From contig OX597814.1 in assembly GCA_951406725.2 (NCBI GenBank), positions 51,770,001 through 51,834,000 on the forward strand: DNA of 64,000 nucleotides, given 5' to 3'. The DNA comes from Octopus vulgaris. Taxonomy: Eukaryota. A model generated the notes under the pieces. The model ran no database searches. It saw nothing but the letters and a program-made list of their open reading frames with translations, and had not been told where the DNA came from. Shown here one piece after another: positions 12,361-25,680 of the stretch. Made by a program: the position numbers and the translations under genes. Numbering within the stretch: the first letter of the stretch is position 1; each line of letters starts with the position of its first letter.

Positions 12361-14345
12361 ATCCTATGGTTCCACAGCGCAGTATTTTCAACTGATACTT
12401 GCACACATCGGCGGGGAACATCGTAAAACACTCACATAGATCCTATGATATTTTCTACTGATACTTACTGGATTAATAGTAAGATTATATTAAAATAACA
12501 GCACAGCAAATTTAGCGGACAGACACCAGTGCCATTCGCAACAGCTGACGGACAGAAAATGTAAACAATCAGCCCATTGAGCCGGGTCCGTTCTGTTTAC
12601 ACTGCCTCATTAGAGTGCTCTCTCATACAGCGTTCAGCAAGCTTAGGGCTTTTGGTAACTAACCTACCTGTTACGGCATATTAGTAGCATGTATCGAGGT
12701 CAAACTAAAGGGTTTGACCCCAGCAAAAAAAGAAAAAAATTTAGTGTAATAGGTGTAAAACAACTTGCTGTAAACGAATATGAAAAAAAATGCGCGCTCG
12801 CGAACGGGGTGAGGTGGGGGAGAGGACTTGGAAAATTCACATCGTCAGACCATGACCTTTAAACTCTAGTGTTTGACCCGATCACATTCGTTTACTACAT
12901 GTTGTTTTACACCTATTAGACTATTTTGATTTTGTTTTTGCTCGGGTCAAACACTGGAGTTTAAAGGTCAAGGTCTGACGATGTGAATTTTCCGAGTCCT
13001 CTCCTCCACCCCCTCGTTCGCCAGCGCACATTTTTTTTTATATTCGTTTACTACATATTGTTTTACACCTATTAGACTATTTTTTTTGTTTTTACTCTGG
13101 TCAAACACTAGAGTTTAAAGGTCAAGGTCTGACGATGTGAATTTTCCGAGGAACATTCACGATGTGAACTTTCCGAGTCGTCTCCCACCCTGAGCGCGCA
13201 TTTTTTTTTTCATATTCGTTTAAAGCAAGTTGTTTTACACCTATTACACTACTTTTGTTTTTTTTTTTTGTTTTTTTTTTTTTGCTCGGGTCAAACCCTT
13301 TAGTTTGACCTGTACCGATACCTTCTGGAACTGGTCAGTTCATGTCAGTCAGACTAATCGCAATAAACCTTACTTTCAAACATTTACAGACAGGGTTTCT
13401 TGGAAAGGATCACGTTGTCATTCTTTCATAAGCAGTAGTACTCTCACTGAGTGGACATTAATTTCCAGCAACTGTAAAAACCCCTCATGGCTCAAAGTGA
13501 TAAACGAAGGCAATATGAACCTGTTTTAAGCTGAAAGTGGTAGCATACACCAAGTCCACAGCAACTGAGCTGCTGCGAGAGAATAGAGTGTAACCGGGAA
13601 GATGGTAAGAATTTGGAGATTAAATGAAGACTTATGAAGGAGTATAACCAGGACTGAATGTGCAATGAGAGGAGGCACTGTACACTGGTCGATTCCAGAG
13701 AAGCATGTAACAGACCAGGTCTGTGAGCAGCGTCAAAATGGATAGGTTATTTCAAGACCAATAGTCTCGTGAAACACAACAAAATTGACAAATTAAAGAA
13801 AATACTTGCAGTGTACTTTACAACAATATTTCTATTATATTACAATATAATGTTATACATACCGTAAGTAAATCCATTTCAAGTGAAAGGTGTTACGGTA
13901 TACTTGACACCGTGTTAGTTCCTGTAAAATAACCGACGTCTTAATGACGTCACTGCGGTAGTGTTTACACCAGTCAGGTACGTTTGATGTGAATTATAGT
14001 AGGTAATTTACAATATTTGTCCACTTTTTGAAAAGAACTGAATAAATTATAAACAACCAGCACTGCAGAATTGTTGCATACAAAGTTTACTGATTGAAAC
14101 ATAGTTAAAATGTTATTGAAACAAGAAAAGCAGAGGCTGCTATTGTAACACAAGAAAAGCAGGGGCCGCTGGGGAAACTATAGCTCACCCGACCCTCTTT
14201 AGCTATGAACCTCGCACCCGAGCTATTTTCTACGATAACTTGGGTAAGTCTTATATAGCAGGTATAACTCAAAACCCACTTTTTAAATGGAAATCTTGGC
14301 AATCGTCCTGCACACTCAGTCATGTTATAGAGTTCAATGGAAAAC
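12261..14345 (-). mobile_element. Non-autonomous DNA transposon (Tigger/pogo-like), inverted relative to 25797-26957
   Basis: Long blocks are the reverse complement of 25797-26957. Terminal gtcgtcttata motif. Confidence 0.65.
12698..13310. mobile_element. Second GG-ended MITE with long TIRs, nested in the Tigger-like element
   Basis: TIRs GGTCAAACTAAAGGGTTTGACCC...GGGTCAAACCCTTTAGTTTGACC and an 8-bp TSD tgtatcga/tgtaccga. The empty site is seen near 26436-26443. Internal direct repeats are present. Confidence 0.9.
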
Positions 14346-15294
14346 ATTTGCAGATCTAAAATCGAAGGAAAAATGTTAGTTTGGATAATATATATTTTGT
14401 AGCATCTGCTTCTTCTTTCTTTTTTGTCATGTTTCTTTCCTTTATTAGAAGAAAACTTAACACAACTTCCTACACATGGAAGATACTGTCAAAGTCGGTC
14501 CAGGAAACATTAGATTTGTTTTCTCCAACAGAAAGTCAGCATGCGAACTTATCCAAATTATAAATTAATAGAAATAGTAATCGTTATCGTTAACAAGAAT
14601 TCAACGCTAACAATAAGAATGTGAACTTTGCTGAAAATTTTGAATAATTCTGTCACCTTGATGAGACTATACCTCACTTTTTGTTTGGCGGGTTATCTCC
14701 AGGTCACCTTTGCTCAAACAAACCTAGGTGCTAGTGCGAACTGGACTTGCGCCCATACCTATTATCAAAAAGTATTCCAACTTTGAAAAATATATTCGTT
14801 TAGACTACATTTTCTAATTTTTCTAAGACAACAAGGTGCGAGTAGAGGAAGGTTTGGTCGTTATTCCCAGCTGTCGAGCGCGTGCAAGGAATCCCTAATT
14901 TGCTTAACCTTTCATTGGGATGATAAATATTGTCGATGTTTCACTATCTCGTCATTTTCTAATTAATAATTTTTTAAACTTTTTAACAATGGTTTTTTTC
15001 TTTGATGCTTGTTAAATTTAGACTGCTTTTCAACTGAACATCATAAATATAATCATCTCCACAGACGCAAATAAGCGTACAGTTATATAAAGATGCATAT
15101 AGACACAAACTAACTTCTTGTCATTTTTCTGTAACACTTTCTAGGTGGTAGCCTTACTTTCAAGTAATAACCCCAGTGAGGTATTAAGAGAATTGTTAAC
15201 TTCCGGCTGGGACATAAATGAGAAGAGTGTAATTGTAAGTAACTCAATTTTATGAATTAATCTGTGCACTAGAAAGTATGTTAAAATCATTTCG

Positions 15295-17070
15295 GAATCT
15301 TTTACTCAAGCTTTGTCGCCCAAATGATTTGGTGTGGTCTGAGTTACGTAAATGCTCCTCTGTGTCTGTCCTGCTTTCTTTTGTTCATACTAGTTCTTCT
15401 CTGAGAGCAATATTCTCCCCATTTCAACGTGGAGTACTTCCAAGAGAGAGGTGGATGAAGTTCTACAAATACTGAGGGGCTTGGATTGTTAGTCTTAGAG
15501 CAAGATGGATCAATACAGGAAGTTTGGGACAATTTCCTGTCAAAACACCTTTTTTTTTTACTGTTATTTTTTTAAAAACCAATTTGATCAATTTTGAAAG
15601 TGTACCTTACTTTCTGTGAATGCTAAAGTTTTTGGAGATTGAATAGATGTATTGCCTGTTACGAACATCGGCTTACTTAGCTCGGATGAGCTCCACATCT
15701 CCAGCACTGATAGAGTCGGAGCTGATGTATGTGGGGGGGAATGAGGTGTTGTTCTGCTAATATACTCGATTCCGGACATTTTTATGGATTAACAATTTCA
15801 CTGAGCGTGGGTTACTTAGCTCAACACAACGAGTTAAATTTGTCAAACGAACCCTAGTCAGATTATATGATCCTTAGGTCCTGGAGCTAAATTTGTCCCG
15901 GTGGAGAAACGAAAAGAGATCCAATGAGATTACTTTTAGAAGCAGGTGCCTCATATAGGACGCCGGTATAAGCGACTCTTTCGCTCGATCACACATCCTT
16001 AATGTTACAGCGGATGTGGGGGTTACTGCACCCTTAGCTAAATCAAATGAGATACTGAAGTATTTTAATTTGACTTCAGTTCCAGTCTTGCTGAATCGGT
16101 CGCAAACCCGGAGAGAAAAATTATTGGATCTTTTCCTTTTGAACTGCACATGTCAACACAATTTCTAGTTAACTAAACACTTTTAAACTTCTTATACTGG
16201 TAGAATGTGTTTATAAAACATCATTTTTTCTTGACTTTATTGAGAAAATTCTATATGTTGTAACATATATCCACTTGCATTTCGGCAATTTTAACCAATC
16301 GCTGACCTCCATTCAGGTAAACAACATTCCGTGCTGTATGAATATGTCTCTCGTTTAAGAAACAGATAGGGTTTATTTACATTTGCGAAGAAAAAAGATA
16401 CCCTTCCGCCACCCCTGACTCTAACCCTAAATCTAAAATAGATTGAAATGCAATAGATCGATACTATGGTTATAATTATTGGTGGCATTTTCGTCGTATG
16501 AAATTGTCACCCATAATTATAACCTTAGTATCGATCTAGTTAGGGTTAGGGGTGGGGGAAGGGTATCTTTTTTCTTCGCAAATGTAAATAAACCCAATCT
16601 GTTTCTTAAACGAGGGACATATTCATACAGCACGGAATGTTGTTTACTTAAATGGAGGTCAGCGATTGGTTAAAATTGCCGAAATGCTTGAAATTGAAGT
16701 GGAAATATGTTACAACATATAGAATTTTCTCAATAAAGCCAAGAAAAAATAATGTCTTTTTAAATACATTCTACCAGTATACGGAGTTTAAAAGTGTTTA
16801 GTTAACTAGAAATTGTGTTGACATGTGCCATTCAAAAGGAAAAGATCTAAATAATTAAATATTATCCGCCACTATCAATTTTATGCTGGTCGCCGTCGAG
16901 ACCTCAGGTATTCTTGGACACCGTGCTACCAATTTCCTCTGCAAAATCGGGATAACTGCAGCCAGTCTTAGAAATGGGCCCAACAAGTTTGGGTGGCTGC
17001 TGCAGCGTTTGTCGCTGACCATCTCTGTTGTAACACCATCACTGTCATGCTCGCTGGGCACAACTGAATA
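15295..17070 (+). pseudogene. Degenerate CRE-clade non-LTR retrotransposon 3' portion (post-RT region plus restriction-like endonuclease), split by a MITE
   Basis: Collinear motifs: QEVWD, GD*IDVLPVTNIGLL...RVGADVC, QHNELN, VLELNLSR..EKRSNEIT, CLI*DA.ISDSFARSH, KY, VAVETSGILG...FLCKIG...WLLQRLSLTI. Confidence 0.7.
16126..16848. mobile_element. Fold-back MITE, Merlin-like, copy 2
   Basis: Same family as 1106-1901, with ends GGATCTTTTCC...GGAAAAGATC(t). The 8-bp TSD is aaattatt/aaataatt. Confidence 0.9.
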
Positions 17071-17821
17071 CGCTGTTCTGGGGTGCACAACCCGTTACCC
17101 TCCACTTATTTTTTGCTGCTTAATACTCAGGAAAGACGCGATGCCAATGATGGTAAAACTTTGTTGGCTGCAATCCAGCTCCTTGAATGCTTCAAATGTC
17201 ACAAGCTGAAAAATGTAATTCACTTATAAATGAATTTTTATTTACATAAAGGTTGGATTCACAATTTAATTACAAGGAAAAAAGGAAAACATTTCCAGCA
17301 CGCTCTAGTCTTACAATCATCTTCACAATGCCTTGAGTTTAGGATTCCCTCAAAATTTGTTATAAGTGCAGTATGTAATTGAGAGTGTGTATGCCTTATT
17401 TTTTAATTTAGTTATTTCTTTTTTTTTTCCCGCTAATTTTTATTGTCTAATTTTGTAACCTGTTCTTTAGTAGTTTTACAATTAATTAATGTTAAAAATG
17501 AATTTATATTACTTTTGTAAATTGTGCTTTTTAGCAGTTTTGTAATTAATTACAGCTACAGAAATTATTTGAAAATTCTGTTTCGTTGATAATTATATAA
17601 TTGAAGAAATTGTTGTCTCACTGCCAACCTGTTACAGTGTTCATTTGCTTCGGAATAAAGAAATAGTACCTTCTTTACAAGGATGGCAAATCTTTCAATA
17701 CTTATCCTCGACAGTAATGTAGAATTTAAGATTAGGCCTATAATATAGAGATAGCCATAATTTACGCTCGCACGAGATGCATAACAAAAGTCCCAAAATG
17801 AGTTAATATAATTTAATTGGT

Positions 17822-18030
17822 ATCATCAACATTTCCATGCCTGTGTGGGTCAGACAGACTTTATTGGGGAAGATTTTCTATGGTCGGATGCCCTTCCTGT
17901 TACCAACCCTCACCTGTTAGCTAACAAGGCAATATTTTTCCATGGTCAGACATGTTCTTGCAGAATATTGGAAATTAATGATACTCCTTGTATAACAGTG
18001 ACACTCTTTTACATACAGAAATTTCTTTAC
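17822..18030 (-). mobile_element. Short RTE-related 3' fragment or SINE
   Basis: catcatcaacatttccatgc and ggatgcccttcct motifs shared with the RTE 3' UTR. Confidence 0.55.
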
Positions 18031-18099
18031 CGCATCGTAACAACCCCGACAAACAAGCAACACCCTGAGCCAAACTAGAGCTACATCTATGCCTGACAA

Positions 18100-18335
18100 T
18101 GATCTGCGTTTGATGGGATTAGGAAGGGTAAATCCACTGTGAAATGCTTGAAAAAGACCACATATTCAATGCAGAACTTTACGTGGAGTGCTTTTTCAAC
18201 AAGACAACGCTCGCTCCTGTGTTGCTAATTTGACCAAAAATACTATTCAAGAGCTCGATTGGAAAGTCTTGCCGCATCCATCATATTCTCTTGATATAGC
18301 TCCTTCAGATTATATTCACCTCTTTCGGTTGCTCT
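18100..18335 (+). pseudogene. Mariner transposase remnant (DD34D region)
   Basis: QQDNARSCVANLTKNTIQELDWKVLPHPSYSLDIAPSDY. Confidence 0.8.
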
Positions 18336-19329
18336 GGTAGGAGCTCTATTTCCCTTTGGCGGAACACTTATCCATCTAAATGTGATTTGGTTGGTGGAGC
18401 CAACCACTATGCCTCGTGCATAGATACACATTACCGCCTATCACAAAGTAGCAGGAAAATTCTAGTAAGTTCTAACCAGGCCTCCAAGAGAAGTAGGTGT
18501 ACTGTTATGTCGCTGTCTGAGCATAACACTATCATGTAGACAACATCTAATGGAGAAACACTCTAGAACTAAATAACTATTTATGGACTGTTCGAAAATT
18601 TATCATGTTCATATTTTACAATATGTAGTAACAGTAAGTGTTACATAAATAATATGCTGCATACATCTTTTTCTGGATTTGTGACCCTATAACGAACTTC
18701 TCTTCTGTTCACTTAGGACACTGTTAAACCATATCTTTGAATGCTATACCCTGTACGCTGGCAAGCAAACCTTGACTGAATGCTATCATCACCTCCTCTT
18801 ATAATAAATCATTATTGTTCTGTTAAACCTTCTGAATGTTGTCTATTATTTCATTACAAGGTATTATACTACCGTTGTTAAAAAAATAATATGATGTTAT
18901 TTTAGTGCCTCTTCACTAAACTCGGGTCAAGTTGTAAACATTAACCAAAAATTGTACGGTTTCTGTCTAACCTTTCTTTCTCTCTCTGTTGATTGTTTTC
19001 AACCATCACCAAGTACCACCACCATCGCCACCACAGGTGTCGTACACACGCCATTCAGACTTCTGTCGCCACCACCATCAATACCTTTGTCTTCACCGCC
19101 TTCCCCTCTACCATCACCACTGTCTTTCACATCGCTTACTCCACCACTCCACCTTTATCACAATTACAGCTCATACTATTACTATCACCCCATTGGCGGA
19201 AAGCGGGGTGCGATCCACATTCTTTACGTCTGCCCACCCCATTACCATCACAACCATCAATCTACTACCGACTTTATGCCTACTATTACTTTCACCCCAT
19301 CACAAAGAATTGTGGAAGAGTAAATTTCT

Positions 19330-22280
19330 TTATTTTGGGAAACCGGATTCCCCCTCCCCCACATATTCTGGAAATCCTTTTTTTCCCCCGTTGAATGAAT
19401 TCTGGTGACCTGCTAATATGCTACAAAACCCTTTTGGGATCTAGGAAACCGTCTGGGGTGAAGTGGAATGGAACCCTTGGAAATTTTACCCATTCCCAAC
19501 ATTTTAGAGAAATACATTTTCCAGAGTGTGAATTACATGGTACGTTATTAAATTTATAAAGAATGTGACATTTATATTGTGTATATTTTACACTGTATGT
19601 ATTTTTTCCTGAAGTAGTGTGTGTGTATGTATGTGTATATATATATATATATATATAATAGCGTGTATGTATATGTAGACAGGTAAAAATTTACCAACAA
19701 AGTACTACTTACCTCTTTGTTGTCAAATAAATGGATTCTCAACAAAATACACTTTTTGGTTAATGTTCACATTATTACCCAGAAACGAAATCAGAAAAAA
19801 AAAATAGTGCAACGGGTGTAAAACAAAAAAAGGTGTCGGAAACGAATATGAAAACAAAAATGCGCGGAAAGCAACAGGGTGGGGAACTTTGAAAAATTCA
19901 CAAGTACCGAGTTTTTCCCTCAAAACTTTTAGGAAAATGGGTTTTTTTTTATATGAAATTTTATATAAATATTTTTCAAATGGCATACATTACTATTATA
20001 ATGAAATTTGTGGATAAAATCTTTTCGGAAGGGGTGGGGAGAGGACTAGGGAAAATTCACAAGATTTTGATTTTTTCCCTCGTAACTTTAAGGAAAATGA
20101 ATATCTTTTAATGAAATTGTACATAAATACCTTTCAAACGACATGCATTATGGATGCCTAATCTCATGATTCCTCCCACTCCCCGGAATCAATGGAAATT
20201 TTTTTTTTTTTTGTTGAATGAATTCCGGTGACCTCTTAATATGCTACAAAACCCTTTTTGGGGTCCAGAAACTCAGAAACTTCACCCCAGCCCCATTTTA
20301 ATATCTTGCAGAAATACGTTTTCAAGAGAGTGTGGATTACATTAGATTGATAATTCAAAGAAGTTTGAAATGAATAAGTGAAAATGCAGAGGTTATAGAA
20401 GTTAGTGGTAACAAAGTGTTAAGAAATAATGAACGATAAATTCATCTAAAAAAACACATTAGAGTTTTCGTATGTATGTGTGAAACGGCGTAAAAGTATA
20501 ATATTAAAACAAAATATCTTTTTCCTACCTCTTAAAATCACTGGATATAATATATTTAATAATCCCAGATTGTAGAATAGATTTGAAAAACTAAAGTATT
20601 TTCCCATTGCAATTTTTGGTGCCAAAATGAGTTTCATTTTTGAGGAGAGAGAGAGAGAGATACTGGCATGGTTGAACTGTTTGACTGAGAACTGGCAAGC
20701 CAGGAGGCTGCAATCAGGCTCCAGCCTGTTCTGGCAAGGTTTCTACAGCTGGATGCTCTTCCTAATACCAACCACTCCAAGAGTGTAGTGGGTGCTTTTC
20801 AAGTTCCACTGGTACAGGGGCCAATCAGATGGCACTAGCATCAATCACGCTCAAATGGTACTTTTTACGTGCCACCAGCACTGGCACAGCTGATGCCAAT
20901 ACCAGCAGCACATAAAAAGTACCATTTGAACGTGATTGATGCCAGTGTCATCTGACTACCAGTGGAACTTGAAAAGCACCCACTACACTCTTGGAGTGGT
21001 TGGTATTAGGAAGGGCTGTAGAAACCTTGCCAGAACAGACTGGAGCCTGATTTCAGCCTCCTAGCTTGCCAGTCCTCAGTCAAACAGTCCAACCCATGCC
21101 AGCATGTAAAGCAGACGTTAAATGATGATTGTTACACCATTCAAAGTTTAGGTAAACTTTGTCACTCACTCACTTTCTCTTTCTCTCACTCTCTCCCACC
21201 CTGTCACAAAAATGAAACTCATTTCAGCACCAAAAATTGCAAAGGGAAAATGCTTTAATTTTTCAAATCTTTTCTGCAATCTGGGATTATTATATATACT
21301 AGCAAACCTACCCATCTATAATGGGAAATGAAAGGAGGGTGGAAAATAACAACTTTAAGTGTGAATGTATTTATACTGAAATATGGCATGGAAAATGTAG
21401 CAAAATATAAATAATGGTTGGTTTTTATTATATTTATGTGCAGCTCTACACAGTACATATTCATGATATTATTACATTTACAAAACTTCTTTGTAAATGA
21501 TATTTTGTGTTTGATCTCAACTAATTTTCAAATGCTCAGCTCATAATGACGTGTGTAAACATCGGAGTGGGCAGAAACACACAAACACAATCTAAAGTCT
21601 GGTCCTGAGACTTGTTGGCTGTGAATGAGAAGGCTAGTTTGATGGGAAATGCATTTGATGGGAAACTGGTTGTCGGAAGATACCAGTGGTATCTGAGGTG
21701 TGAATAAGCGCTTACCACTGTGAGAGCCAATCGCTATCACTGCCTCGATGACGTGAGAATTGAGTTGCGTGATAATGTATCTTGTTCCATTGCAATGTCC
21801 TTTGGCAGGGTCAAAATTTTACCCATTCCCAACATTTTACAGAAATACATTTTCCAGAGTGTGAATTACATGGTTCGTTATTAAATATATAGAGAATGTG
21901 ACATTTATATTGTGTATATTTTACACTGAACATATCTTCTGAAGTCATAGTATATATAAATGTGCGTGTGTATATATATATATATATACAACATGTGAGG
22001 TATTGGTATCTATAAAACCCAAAGAGTGACAGGTAAGTAGTAAGCGCTATGGACAGACCGTAGTTAAACTCTTGGTTTGATAGTGATATGTGTGAGATGT
22101 CTAATGTGGGTAGCATGTATATATATATATTAGACAAAATGAGATAAAAAAAAGCCAAGGCTTTGTTATCTCATTTTGTCTAATATATATAATAGCATGT
22201 ATGTGTATGTAGACAGGTAAAAATTCACCAACAAAGTACTACTTATCTCTTTACTGTCAAATAAATGGATTAATTCTCAA
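19330..22280. repeat. Cluster of interspersed repeat modules (possibly Helitron/HINE-like) with local duplicates
   Basis: 19480-19760 recurs at 21810-22280. 19390-19445 recurs at 20213-20270. An actagc start is at about 21298. Confidence 0.55.
20558..21292. repeat. Inverted duplication (palindrome) containing an RTE 3' UTR fragment plus flank
   Basis: Arms mirror around ~20890 (tggcacagctgatgcca). Outer ends are aataatcccagattg and caatctgggattatt. Confidence 0.85.
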
Positions 22281-23749
22281 CAAAATTTTACAACTTTATA
22301 CCAGCATTTTAGGAAGAAAAAAACAAAAATATTTCGCACCCAAACTAATTTTTGTGTGTTGGGGAAGAGCAAAAATAAAAGTTGTCTCTCTACAAAGAAG
22401 CAGTTTAAAATAAATATATCTTAATTGTTTTGTGAGAAAGTATATATATTCTGATGATAAAATATAGTATCTTTTAAAACATCCTAAATTTTCGACTATA
22501 TCTTGTGTGTTTAAGAAAAGAAAAACGTTTTTTCTCTTATACTACTGTGTGTGTGTGTGTGAGAGAGAGAAAGCGGTATTTGCTGAGCTGTCTCTAAGTA
22601 TAACGATGTCCTGTTCCACCTGAACTTGTGCAATGTTACACCTCTGAATTTCTTTTTGATTGTGATAATTAATTTAGGGGTTTAGTCGTTACTGCCAAAA
22701 TTAATTTCTCTTACATTTTCTCTTTCACTATCTAATTAAAAGAGAGAATATATTGTTACCAACAATGTTAAAACTTTAGTAACTTGATTGCTCTGTTATT
22801 GAACCAGGATTTTAATTTCATTTGGTACACACCTTGCTATCGTTTATATGGAGAATTGCAATCGTGGCATATAAATTTTATGAGTACATTTCCGTAAGTG
22901 ATTTTCTTGCACACCAACACCTCCCCACCCACATATATGCATGCGGATACACATGGATGAAGTCCCATTTTGGAAGTATGTTAAAGTTTTTATTATTTTG
23001 GAATGAAGAACACAAACATAGGTGCTGAGCCAGTGACTAAACTTGTAGTATTTTGTTGGGATTAATCCAATGAATTGACAACAAGATAATTGCTTCTATC
23101 AGAATCATTTACCTTTAAAGCGAAAAAGCAAAACAACAGGTATGTAAAATATATTTTGTGTACTTCTTTCTCTGTTTATTCGGATAAGCTGTAGAAGTTG
23201 TGCATGTGCGCACACACAAGCACAAAAATTCTCCAGACTGTTATTTTTAGCATATCAAGTTTTGTGGTGAGGGCTTTACCATGCCATGGTCCTTTTACTT
23301 TTAGACAGCAGGATGGGGTGTGGATCAGTTTTGAAATTTTTCATAAAAAATTTGAAATTAAATTTTTTTTTCACATATTTTTAATCTCTATTTTCCCACA
23401 TAGATTGGAAAAAAACCCTCAAAAAATTAAAAATTGGTGGGTGGGGGAGGCGAGTAGAATTAAAAATTTGTAAAACGTGGTTTTTTGCATATTCAGAATC
23501 TCCGTCATTGAAGACATAGGAATCCAGTGAAAAAAAAAAATTCTGAAAGGTCAGTTTAGAAGGGGTGGGGGGACTGTGCTCCAGGTCAGCCAAAAGGTAT
23601 GACCATTTTTCTGAATAATAAATAAATTTCCACATAATTATCCTTGGCATTTTCAAGAAAGTATCTCAACAAAATTTCATTTAAAAATATACATTAAGAA
23701 ACTATTTATGAGGAAACAGTCAGTGGGGCATCCAACTATAGTTTAACTC

Positions 23750-24802
23750 CCATTTGTCATCTCCCGTCAAGTTTATATTTAATTAATACCAGCTTACAAT
23801 GCCCAGCGAATATGGTGGGTGAGGCATCATTTCCCATTCAAACTGCTCCAACCTTTCAAATGTCATCCTAGCTGTATGTGGCTGAACCTTATCCTGATAG
23901 AATACCTTTTGTCTTGAAACCAAAGATGGTCATTTTTCTTCTAGCACTGACTGAAGCTGCTTGAACTGCTCACAGTAGGCCTCCTTTGTTATCGTTTGGT
24001 TTGGGTTTAAAAGTTCAAAGTGGACTAAACCTTTCATATCCTACAAAACAAATAATAACACCATATAGGTGAAGACCTTCTTAAGCCTGGGGTACTGGTG
24101 TTTCCCCTTTCCCTACCCACTGTCTTCGGTGCTTGACTTTTTTATACCGAACCCATTTCTCGTCACCAGTCACTATTCAATCCCCAAAAAGGTTCATTTG
24201 TGAGATGTGACAGCAAAGAAGATCACACATTCACTCTCTGCATGCAACTTGACTCGGAAAATTTGTAAGGAACCCATGGACCCAATTTACTGACTTTTCC
24301 GATTGCATACAGGCATCGATGAATGGTTGACTGACCAAATCCAAGCTTCTCTGCTAGCTCCTCAACAATTATTATGGGATTTTGTTCTACCAGGCTTTGC
24401 AGGACGTCCTCATCGAGATGTACAGATCTTCCAGGAGAAGGCTCATCTTCTAGGCTGTAGTTTCTGGCTCAGAATTTCTGGAACCGCCATTGACACTAGC
24501 TTACGCTTATTGTCCAATCCCCATATACTGCATTAATAGTCCTCGCACTTTCTGTTACGCTGTTCCCTTTATTGAACTCGTGAAGCAAAATATGTTGAAT
24601 ATGCTCCTTTGTCACTTCCACTATAGCTTTGAAAAAAATAACTTAAAATTGAACTGCACTCTTCAAAACTTGCACTAAGAATAAGGACAAGGTAAAATTA
24701 CTACCTGCTTTTATAGCAAGTTAATGCAGGTAGTTTATCCCACCTCTTGCCTTTTAGTTCATGCAATTGAAAAAGCCGTATTATTTATGGGATGACCCAA
24801 TA
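23750..24802 (-). mobile_element. Degenerate mariner element
   Basis: TIR tattgggtcatcccataaataa at the right end. IVTGDEKWV-like catalytic region near 24150-24180. Confidence 0.75.
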
Positions 24803-24961
24803 TTTATACTATTTATACATATAGAATTTTTTCAGCCATTTATTTACATCTGCTATACTTTAATAACTATGGTGAAATTGTTTTGACTTAATGTCTATAT
24901 AAATAAAATAAATCAATAAACATTATATTAATTATACGTTATGATTTATTTTTTTAAACAG

Positions 24962-25060
24962 GATGGTGCAACAGCTCTGGCGGAAGCCATTGCACACAAA
25001 CGTTTTGATGTGGTCAAATGTTTGATCACTAATGGGGCCGATATTTCTATCAGAGATGAT
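24962..25060 (+). CDS. Ankyrin-pseudokinase gene exon: ankyrin repeat 1 (DGATALAEAIAHKRFDVVKCLITNGADISIRDD)
   Basis: tttaaacag| acceptor and |gtaaga donor; 99 nt, phase 0-0, matches the ankyrin consensus. Confidence 0.93.
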
Positions 25061-25299
25061 GTAAGAATGACATTTTGTTAAATAATTATTCAGGATTTTC
25101 TAAGCACAAAGACTTCTTTATTTACAAACACATGCACACACATAATAACGTTTTTTATATAAATCACATTAAGGCTATATTTTTGTTAGAATGTTGAATA
25201 ATCAGACAATTGATCTCCTTTATAATAAATACACAGTTGTTGCTTAGATTTCGACAGTCAAGTGATGATTTTCATGGATATCAGCATGCACTATCATAT

Positions 25300-25680
25300 T
25301 GTCATATATTGATGTGAAACTTTGTTCAGATTTGGCATCAGCCTTGGCGGATCTTCTTCCCAATTTGTTAGCACAAGACATTGCACATGGCTGAAACTAT
25401 TCCTACCATATTCCTGAAGCAGCACTAAAGTTTCCATAAAGGTTTTTCCCAATTTGTGACAAAATTTCACACAGTCACACTGCTCTTCCATATCCTTTGC
25501 TCAATTTGCAGCAAATCGCCAAATGCACTTGATATGTTCACTGTAGTACCTATTAATTGATGACTAATTTGGCATGATATGGTAATTATTTGACTGAAAG
25601 TCAAGGTTACTCATACACAAAACTGAGATTAAGAGCTTTTATTGACTGCTACACTATTTCAGTTCGGCCAGTTTCTCGTT
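25300..25680 (-). pseudogene. Mariner 5' fragment (HTH N-terminus)
   Basis: MEEQCDCVKFCHKLGKTFMETLVLLQEYG resembles mariner N-termini. Confidence 0.65.

Noticed and set aside
15344-15779. Minus-strand ORFs with apparent splice sites
   Set aside because: Better explained as the antisense of the CRE retrotransposon fossil.
18952-19408. Three overlapping Pro/His/Thr-rich ORFs
   Set aside because: Artefact of degenerate (CAC/CAT)n low-complexity sequence.
23000-23139. Donor-like CAG|gtatgt upstream of the first ankyrin exon
   Set aside because: The phase-0 frame has a stop 8 codons before the donor and no ATG after it. At most an untranslated alternative exon.
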